A DNA stretch of 32,331 nt from Candidatus Shapirobacteria bacterium (GTDB lineage: Bacteria; Patescibacteriota; Microgenomatia; PFEM01; JAPLYW01). The notes beneath the pieces were generated by a model, which worked only from the letters and a program-made list of their open reading frames with translations, was not told the DNA's origin and searched no databases. Every line of letters begins with the position of its first letter. Position 1 is the stretch's first letter. Location of the stretch: the NCBI GenBank assembly GCA_026395335.1, contig JAPLYW010000005.1, forward strand, positions 1 to 32,331, read 5' to 3'. Below are positions 25,790 to 32,331 of this stretch, piece after piece. The translations under genes and the position numbers were made by a program.

Positions 25790-28558
25790 TTATGGTGCTG
25801 TAGTTTTGGTATTACATTGAGCCGAACTATTACAACTACGAGATGGTAAATTAAGAGGAATATTCTTAGGTTCCATTTTAAGGATACCATATGGTTGAAA
25901 TTCATAATGTAAGTGGGAAGCATAAGGGCCGCCACTGCTATCCACATAACCAATAATTTGTCCTTTTATAACTGAACCTGAAACACGATCTCTTTCTAAA
26001 AGGTGATAATATCTAGTGTGGAAAATTTTACCTTCGCAAGTTCCGGCAATATCAATATAATACCCTGCACCAAAAGTTTGATGCCCGATTGTAGCTGTAC
26101 CTTTATGAGTAGCGTAAACTGGTGTTCCTCTATTAGCACCAATATCAATAGCTTCTTCATGATGAGGACCATGGGAAGTTGCTCCTTCTGGACCTTGAGC
26201 AATTTTTCCACTAGTTGGCCAACCAGAAGGGCAATCCATTGGTGGGCTACCAATAATAACAACAGTACTAGTTGTTCCTGGGAAACTTCCATCAATACCT
26301 TCAACTGCAAGGGTAGCATTAATAGTGTTAGTAATGGCAGTATTTTCAAACCTGGAGTCAACTTGGGTAGTATAATCTACTTGCCATGTTGTTCCAGAAC
26401 TAATTTCTCTACCCTTTTCGTTTAAATCTTTGGAAAAAGAATATGTTGGGAGGGTTAATTGTTTCCCATCAGTGCTAAAAGAAAAATTATCTTTAATATT
26501 AATAATTCTTAGGCTATAACCATCATTAGCCTTAATTGTTACTATGTATTTAATTTCTGGATTATTACTAAGTTCACTATTGTCTATTTTTGTACGATCA
26601 GCAGTTTTTTCTAATTTAAAATAAGGTGACTCATAAGCAGAAACATTAGTGACAGTGGTTTCAGTTACTTTTGCAGGCAAGATAAAAGAGCCGCTGACTA
26701 CTAAAACAATAAACAAAGTCAAAACAGCTAGAGTACTTAAAACAATAATTAAAAAAAGAGCCACTGGAAAAATAACTGGAGCGGCAAGAGCCGTAAAAAA
26801 TACTCCAATTCCACCTCCAATAGCGCCTAAAGTTATTGGCGCCATAACAAAACTGGCTAAACCCAGACCACCGAAAACAAGGGGGATAATTCCGAATAAA
26901 TTAAAAGGGTTAGGGATAAAAACTAAAACAGCAATGCCAATACCAATAGCCATTAAGCCTTTTTCCGGATCATTAATAATTTGTCGAATAAAACCAATAA
27001 TTTTTCCTCCAACCTTTTTTAATAATTCAAAAACAATAGAAGCTGCGGCAATGACAACTCCGGGTACTCCTCCGGCGGCAGTTCCAGCCACAGTAGCGCC
27101 TATTTCAACGCCTAATCTAGTTGCTAACCAAGTAGCGGCTTTTTTAACCCCAGCCTTAACAGCTTTACCAGCCGCCGTTTTAGCTAGCCAGTGAACTATT
27201 GGCTGGCCAACTTTTTGTGAGAAAAATTGTCTTATTGGTGTTAAGAAGGAAGTATATTGACCTTTAGTAACAAATTTACTAAATCTTTCATAGGTATTAA
27301 TAATAAATTTAAAATGGTTAAGACCATTTTTAATAGAGCCGGCATAGCCGCCTTTTGACCAATCAGTATTATTTGGGAATGGTATTCTATCATAAGAAAT
27401 TCTCTGTCGGCCTGTAATCTTGTCGAATTTATAAAAGCGTTTTAAAAAAGCGGCTGCTGGTTTGTCTTTATAATGGACATTACCGTTTTTATCTTTATAT
27501 TCAATTTTTTGTTGTTCTTGGAAACGGGCAAATTTATCATTTAGTTTTACTAAAACCGGATGTTTTTCGGAAACTCCTAACTCTCTAAGACGTCGAATTG
27601 TGAATTCAAAATCTTCGGCAAAGATTCCTTGAGTAATCATGGCCTGCCATTCCGGAGAAGCATCGTCAGCCGCTAGTTTTAGAATTTTAGCCGGTAAAGT
27701 ATAAATTCCCCTTTCAATAAAGGCTGCAGTAGCTTTGGGATATAAAACTGTATAAAGTGGTAAAAAAGCTACGCCGTCATTTTGAGCTAATTGATCTAAA
27801 ATGGCTTGAGGGAGAGTTGCGTCTAAAATCGGCGAAGTGATTTTAGTAACTTCTTGAAAGGGTTTGATAATAGCTGGAGTAGCGGCAATTTCCTGAGCTT
27901 CAGTAATAAGGTTTTGTGTTTTCCCCCTAGTAGCTTCTTCTTTAATCTTTTTAAGCTCATCATTAACAATTTTTTCGGCTTCTTTAAGAACTTGATTTTT
28001 AGTAACTTTTTTAAGCTCATCATTAACAATTTTTTCGGCTTCTTTAAGAACTTGATTTTTAATTTCTTCGGTAAAAAAGTCTGCTTGCGCTACTGGAGGA
28101 AGAGAGGCAATAGTTTTATCAGTAGCATTTTTAGCCATTTCTTCCACCAAAGGTTTGGGAATTTGTATATTAGCCTTAGTAATAATTTTTCTAAATTCCT
28201 CATTAAAATTTCGGTAGCGTTTCTGATTTTCTTTAGAAGAAACTTTTTTCTGTAATTCTAATGTTTCTTTTTCTTTGTCTTTCTCATAAATTTCTACTAA
28301 TTCAGAAAGGTTAGGAGGAATATCTGGGGCTTCCTGGTTTTTTGATTGCGAAGAAATCTCCACGATTTTAACCGTCATTAAAGGTAAAAATTCCGGATCA
28401 TTAGGGTCAATATTGACGCCTAAAATTTGCGCTAGCTGGATAATTTTATCCAAAGCATCTTTTCTACTTATATCCTGATGGGGCCAATTTTTTTCTTGAA
28501 GATCATAAATAATGGGTAGAAATTCTTCGAGATTAACGAGTTCTTTTTCTTGGATCAT
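25790..28558 (-). CDS. Large membrane protein with a C-terminal M23 peptidase domain
   Basis: GWPTSG, HEEAIDI (HxxxD), GTPVYATHKG, YYHL, GQIIGYV, HLHYE (HxH); central Ala/Gly-rich multi-TM block. Confidence 0.88.
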   Translation of the reverse strand: MIQEKELVNLEEFLPIIYDLQEKNWPHQDISRKDALDKIIQLAQILGVNIDPNDPEFLPLMTVKIVEISSQSKNQEAPDIPPNLSELVEIYEKDKEKETLELQKKVSSKENQKRYRNFNEEFRKIITKANIQIPKPLVEEMAKNATDKTIASLPPVAQADFFTEEIKNQVLKEAEKIVNDELKKVTKNQVLKEAEKIVNDELKKIKEEATRGKTQNLITEAQEIAATPAIIKPFQEVTKITSPILDATLPQAILDQLAQNDGVAFLPLYTVLYPKATAAFIERGIYTLPAKILKLAADDASPEWQAMITQGIFAEDFEFTIRRLRELGVSEKHPVLVKLNDKFARFQEQQKIEYKDKNGNVHYKDKPAAAFLKRFYKFDKITGRQRISYDRIPFPNNTDWSKGGYAGSIKNGLNHFKFIINTYERFSKFVTKGQYTSFLTPIRQFFSQKVGQPIVHWLAKTAAGKAVKAGVKKAATWLATRLGVEIGATVAGTAAGGVPGVVIAAASIVFELLKKVGGKIIGFIRQIINDPEKGLMAIGIGIAVLVFIPNPFNLFGIIPLVFGGLGLASFVMAPITLGAIGGGIGVFFTALAAPVIFPVALFLIIVLSTLAVLTLFIVLVVSGSFILPAKVTETTVTNVSAYESPYFKLEKTADRTKIDNSELSNNPEIKYIVTIKANDGYSLRIINIKDNFSFSTDGKQLTLPTYSFSKDLNEKGREISSGTTWQVDYTTQVDSRFENTAITNTINATLAVEGIDGSFPGTTSTVVIIGSPPMDCPSGWPTSGKIAQGPEGATSHGPHHEEAIDIGANRGTPVYATHKGTATIGHQTFGAGYYIDIAGTCEGKIFHTRYYHLLERDRVSGSVIKGQIIGYVDSSGGPYASHLHYEFQPYGILKMEPKNIPLNLPSRSCNSSAQCNTKTTAP
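27948..28061. repeat. 60-bp-period tandem duplication
   Basis: 54 identical bp at 27948-28001 and 28008-28061, encoding KNQVLKEAEKIVNDELKK twice. Confidence 0.95.
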
Positions 28559-30417
28559 AAAGCTGTTTGTGGTTCATTGTTGGCTATGGCAGTTTTACTT
28601 TTCTGAATCATCTCCTCTTTTCTTTTTTGCATTTCTAAAAGTTCAGATGGTCTGGTGGTGACAAGTTGATGTTCTTCCGGTGAGGCTACAACGTGCATAG
28701 CTACATGGTTTGGTCCGGCAAAAAATATTCCTTCGCCAACATCAGAGGCTAACAACAATTGTTTTTCGCCTTCAGAAAGGTAAAAAACTTGAGCTACCTT
28801 GTCAATAGCTGCGGGCGATTGTTTCATTAAAATTTGGATAGAAGAATTAGTTAAAACCGCCTTACCATATTCACTACCAAGAAAATCTTCGACATCTTGG
28901 GTGATGGTGGTTAGCCCTAAATAATATTTTCTGGCTCTTTTGGCAATGGAATATAAAAAATTAGCTGAATCAGGATATTTCATTAGGTACCAAGCTTCAT
29001 CAACAACTAAAATTCTTTTTTTCATATCTTTTTTAATTCTTGTCCAAATATAATCCAAAATAATAAACATGGCAATTGGCCGTAGGGCTTCTTCCATTTC
29101 CCTAATAGAAAAAACCGTAAAAGGATTTTTAATATCAATATTAGAGGGTTGGTCGAAAATACCGACAAAAGAACCTTTGACAAATTTTTCAATCCTGTCC
29201 GCTAAACCTTTTGCTTGAGCTTCCTCCATACCGATTAAAGTTTTATAAAGATCCTCCATCAAAGGCGGTTCTTTTTTCTGAGTGGTTGGATCGTTAGTAA
29301 TACCTTTCATTTTATAAGTCAGAACTAAGGCCCGATCTAAGATGGCCTCTTCCGAAGCGGAAATTTGGCCCATGATAATTTTAAATAAGGAATGAAGAGA
29401 AAGGATTTTCATTCCCAGCTCATTTTCACCTTCCTCATAAATAGCTGAAAGGTCAAAAGGGTTAATTTTTGCCTGACTTTGAAAACCAAAACTTATAAAT
29501 TCTCCGCCAACAGCTGTGGCTAAAGTTTGGTATTCTTTCTCAGGATCAATAACAATAATTTCCGTCCCAAACATTAAAGAGCGTAAAATTTCCAATTTAA
29601 CTAAATAAGATTTGCCGGCTCCGGCTTTGGCAAAAATAACCGCATTGGCGTTTTCCAAACTAAAACGGTCAAAGATAATTAAAGAATCGTTATGTTCATT
29701 AATACCGTAAAGAACACCTTCATTAGCGGTTAGTTCTGAGGAAGTAAAAGGAAAAGTTGTGGCTAAAGATGTTGTATCCATATTACGGGTAATCATTAAT
29801 TTATCGACACAAGTGGGGATAGTAGTTTTAAAGCCGTCTTCCATTTGCAAAGTGGCGTGTTTGGCAATAATGAGAAGTGAGCCTAAAGTAGAGATGACTT
29901 CTTTAGAAATTTTATTCAACTCCTCTAAAGAATCAGCCGGGATAGTGATATAAAGTCCAAATTGGAAAAAACGTTCGGAGCCTTTAACTAATTGTTCTTG
30001 TAAAGATTTGGCATCTTCTAATTTAGCTTGAGTACTGGGATTGATTAATCGGCCTCTTTCTAAATCGGTTTGAATTTCTGCTTCCATTTCGGCTATTTTT
30101 CTTCTTAAATTATCCAAAACTCCTTTACCTTCTACAGGATAAATATACATAGAAATATCCAGCGAATTATCAAAATTAATTAAAGGTGATAGCCAGTTAG
30201 AAGAAACAAAACGAGGATAACCAGCTACAAAAAGCGTTCGGAAATATTTATTACCTATTTTTAAATAATCAAAGTCAACTTCAATGGCGGAAGGAGCAAT
30301 AATATCTTGGACGGAAACCATACCCTTGCCCAATTGCAAAATCGGCTCATCAAGCTGAGGTGTTGTTTGATTATCTGCTAGTGGTTTTTTAAGAAATGGC
30401 AGTTCCATTTTTGACAA
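28555..30417 (-). CDS. VirB4-like (TraE/ConE-type) ATPase
   Basis: Walker A AKAGAGKS, IIVIDPEKEY, INPFD, Walker B ILVVDEAW, KRARKY, TITQDVEDF. Confidence 0.93.
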   Translation of the reverse strand: MSKMELPFLKKPLADNQTTPQLDEPILQLGKGMVSVQDIIAPSAIEVDFDYLKIGNKYFRTLFVAGYPRFVSSNWLSPLINFDNSLDISMYIYPVEGKGVLDNLRRKIAEMEAEIQTDLERGRLINPSTQAKLEDAKSLQEQLVKGSERFFQFGLYITIPADSLEELNKISKEVISTLGSLLIIAKHATLQMEDGFKTTIPTCVDKLMITRNMDTTSLATTFPFTSSELTANEGVLYGINEHNDSLIIFDRFSLENANAVIFAKAGAGKSYLVKLEILRSLMFGTEIIVIDPEKEYQTLATAVGGEFISFGFQSQAKINPFDLSAIYEEGENELGMKILSLHSLFKIIMGQISASEEAILDRALVLTYKMKGITNDPTTQKKEPPLMEDLYKTLIGMEEAQAKGLADRIEKFVKGSFVGIFDQPSNIDIKNPFTVFSIREMEEALRPIAMFIILDYIWTRIKKDMKKRILVVDEAWYLMKYPDSANFLYSIAKRARKYYLGLTTITQDVEDFLGSEYGKAVLTNSSIQILMKQSPAAIDKVAQVFYLSEGEKQLLLASDVGEGIFFAGPNHVAMHVVASPEEHQLVTTRPSELLEMQKRKEEMIQKSKTAIANNEPQTAL

Positions 30418-31186
30418 GATTATTAATTTGATCTCTAATAGTTAGATCTTCTTGGGTTTTAGCTAAAGGTTGATTGGGAATTTCATTTTTAATTTCCGGT
30501 TTAATTGGCATAGCAGTTTTAACGATGGGTGTTTTATATTGGGAACTTTCAGCCATAGGTTGGCTGACTAACTCAGGGTTATAAATATTAAAGAAAAGTC
30601 GAATTAATTCCTGGCTTTCCAACTGATGAGATTTTAGACCCAAACGGGCTAATTGGCGTAAAAGATGATCACGTTTTGGATAAAGATTAATTTTTGCCTG
30701 CTGAACAATATAATTTTTCTCAAAAGGCAAACCTTTTTTCTGGCTGGCAGTTTTCATTAAAGTTTTAGCGACGCCTAACTCTAAAGAAGTCATAGGAATA
30801 ATTAAAAAGAATTTTTTGTCTAAAACATTGTTTTTTTGTATGATCTCTTGAATAAATTGATGATATTTAATTATTTGTTCTTTGATTAATTTTCTTTCTT
30901 CTTTAAGCTGTCTTTCTTCCAATAAACTTAAATAAGAAGAAATATCTTTTCTGGCGGAACGAATAACGATTTGGACAGTAAAATTTAAAGAATTTAGAAG
31001 GGCGGCATAGGCATAAATAGTGGCTTCCTGTTCTTTTTCTGATAGAAGACCGAAGTTAATAGCTGTGGTGGCTAAAACTAAACAGGAAGAACCGTCTTTT
31101 AAAATAACGATACCGTCTTTAATATCTTCAATCTCCAAATGTTCTTGGGTTGAAGCGCGAATAGCAATTTTGGCAGGATCAGACAT
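30389..31186 (-). CDS. VirB4-associated hypothetical protein (resembles a detached VirB4/TraC N-terminal region)
   Basis: STQEHLEIEDIKDGIVILKDG...INFGLLSEKEQEA...LNSLNF; lies between the PrgI-like and VirB4 genes. Confidence 0.7.
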   Translation of the reverse strand: MSDPAKIAIRASTQEHLEIEDIKDGIVILKDGSSCLVLATTAINFGLLSEKEQEATIYAYAALLNSLNFTVQIVIRSARKDISSYLSLLEERQLKEERKLIKEQIIKYHQFIQEIIQKNNVLDKKFFLIIPMTSLELGVAKTLMKTASQKKGLPFEKNYIVQQAKINLYPKRDHLLRQLARLGLKSHQLESQELIRLFFNIYNPELVSQPMAESSQYKTPIVKTAMPIKPEIKNEIPNQPLAKTQEDLTIRDQINNLVKNGTAIS

Positions 31187-31216
31187 ACTTTAAAAAAAAT
31201 TGATAATTAATATTAA

Positions 31217-31375
31217 CTAATTTCCCATTCTCAATTCTCCATTCGAGCTCTTAGCACGTATTTCGATTGGTTGGATGATTTCACCTTTTACCTCAATTTT
31301 AATTATATCAAATTGATAACCATCTTTTTCTGTTTCAATTTCGTAAATACCATTTTCTAAAGGGGTAACAATTAA
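31217..31375 (-). pseudogene. Out-of-frame C-terminal remnant of the PrgI-like gene
   Basis: The -1 frame reads LIVTPLENGIYEIETEKDGYQFDIIKIEVKGEIIQPIEIRAKSSNGELRMGN* with no start of its own. Confidence 0.65.
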
Positions 31376-32163
31376 TTTCTAATTTCCAAAATCGCACCGT
31401 CAATAATTTTTCCCTCATTATCCAAAACCATGCCGACAATAATATTTGGTCTGGTTGGCGGCGTGGGAATTAGTAAAGCCGGATTCATTTTTGCTTCAAA
31501 AATCGGTTTTCTGGGACGGCCGACTTGTTGAGGTAAAATCACTTTACCAGAAAGAGGTTTAGGCGGATTAGAAACAGGTCTGCTTTGTAACGGTTGATAA
31601 TTTGTCCTTGGTGGCGGTGTAAAAGAATAATTTAGTTTAGGTTTAGGAACAGAAGGTGGTGTTGATATTGGAATTGGTTGGAAAGGATGGACTAACTGGA
31701 AAAGGTTACCTATTTCTTTTAGAAAACTTTCTTCCTGTTGGTCAAGCGGATTTTTATTTTCTGAATAGGGTAAAGTAGCTAAATATTGGTTTAAAGTTTT
31801 TTTATCAGCGGTGTATTTTGCTGCTTTATTTAAAGGCGTTTGGAAAATAATCGGTTCAAACATTTCTGGTTTTTGCGATGTTTTTTCCCAAACAAATTGA
31901 GTAGGTAAGAAAATCGCCTTAAAAAAAGCCAAAACCCAAGTACTTAAAGGTCTCTCATTAAGCGGTAAAAAAGCAAGAGCAAAACCGGAAAAACCAAAAA
32001 AAATAATTAGTGGCCATTTAAATAAAGATGGAATTGGGAGAGCGTAAATAAGCAAGCCAAGAATAGCTCCGGCTGCTAATTGGGCAAATTGTTTCAAGGT
32101 CATATCGCCGATTAAGCGGAATTCGTAAGAAGCGATATTTTGTGGGACAGGATGTTGATCCAT
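31372..32163 (-). CDS. PrgI family protein with Pro-rich linker and truncated C-terminal beta-sandwich domain
   Basis: HPVPQNIASYEFRLIGDMTLKQF, two TM segments, NERPL; ends IVGMVLDNEGKIIDGAILEIRN. Confidence 0.85.
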   Translation of the reverse strand: MDQHPVPQNIASYEFRLIGDMTLKQFAQLAAGAILGLLIYALPIPSLFKWPLIIFFGFSGFALAFLPLNERPLSTWVLAFFKAIFLPTQFVWEKTSQKPEMFEPIIFQTPLNKAAKYTADKKTLNQYLATLPYSENKNPLDQQEESFLKEIGNLFQLVHPFQPIPISTPPSVPKPKLNYSFTPPPRTNYQPLQSRPVSNPPKPLSGKVILPQQVGRPRKPIFEAKMNPALLIPTPPTRPNIIVGMVLDNEGKIIDGAILEIRN

Positions 32164-32186
32164 GGGCAGTCTTTCTACTTTCTTCT

Positions 32187-32215
32187 ATTCTAAATTGCAA
32201 CTAAAGCGACTTCAA
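32187..32215 (-). promoter_or_regulatory. Putative promoter of the PrgI-VirB4 operon
   Basis: Minus strand TTGAAG, 17 bp, TAGAAT. Confidence 0.5.
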
Positions 32216-32260
32216 CTGTATATAAATCAATCAATTAAGAACGCCAATAGAACAAAACGT

Positions 32261-32289
32261 TTGACTTTTACTAATTGAAGTGATATAAA
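32261..32289 (+). promoter_or_regulatory. Putative divergent promoter directed out of the window
   Basis: TTGACT, 17 bp, TATAAA with extended TG. Confidence 0.5.
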
Positions 32290-32331
32290 AATAACCAAAT
32301 TATTAAATTATTTCACTGCCCGAAAGGGCAG

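Noticed and set aside
24752-32163. Integrated ICE or prophage
   Set aside because: No integrase, relaxase, att repeats or phage structural genes are visible, and there is no obvious compositional break.
22439-32200. Short ORFs at 22439, 24307, 25996, 26003, 26649, 27823, 27854, 29759 and 32018
   Set aside because: Antisense or alternate-frame shadows of dnaA, dnaN, the M23 gene, VirB4 and the PrgI-like gene.

Overview
This AT-rich window has no rRNA, tRNA, CRISPR array or transposase. It appears to come from a reduced-genome Patescibacteria (CPR) bacterium, probably Microgenomates-like (inferred from gene families and architectures), and spans the replication origin. Left to right it contains: groEL (cut by the window edge) and groES; a small accessory block (BtpA-like TIM barrel, NADAR, two hypotheticals); a ZIP transporter, a nucleotidyltransferase-like protein and an orphan solute-binding protein; VanW-tsaD-valS and a TPR gene; rplY, DUF4012, RNase HI, a flippase and an O-antigen-ligase-like gene; jag-yidC-yidD-rnpA-rpmH; dnaA-oriC-dnaN; and a convergent PrgI/VirB4/M23 conjugation-like (T4SS) cluster. 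The most unusual signal lies below gene scale. A modular ~32-60 bp element occurs as three 'filled' copies with a covarying hairpin upstream of groEL, dnaN and the nucleotidyltransferase gene, and as one 'empty' copy lacking exactly that hairpin, in frame inside a CDS. Degenerate 7-bp-period arrays, some holding GC-rich palindromes, also sit in frame within several genes, including tsaD and valS. Two ORFs (TPR gene, PrgI-like gene) look interrupted.
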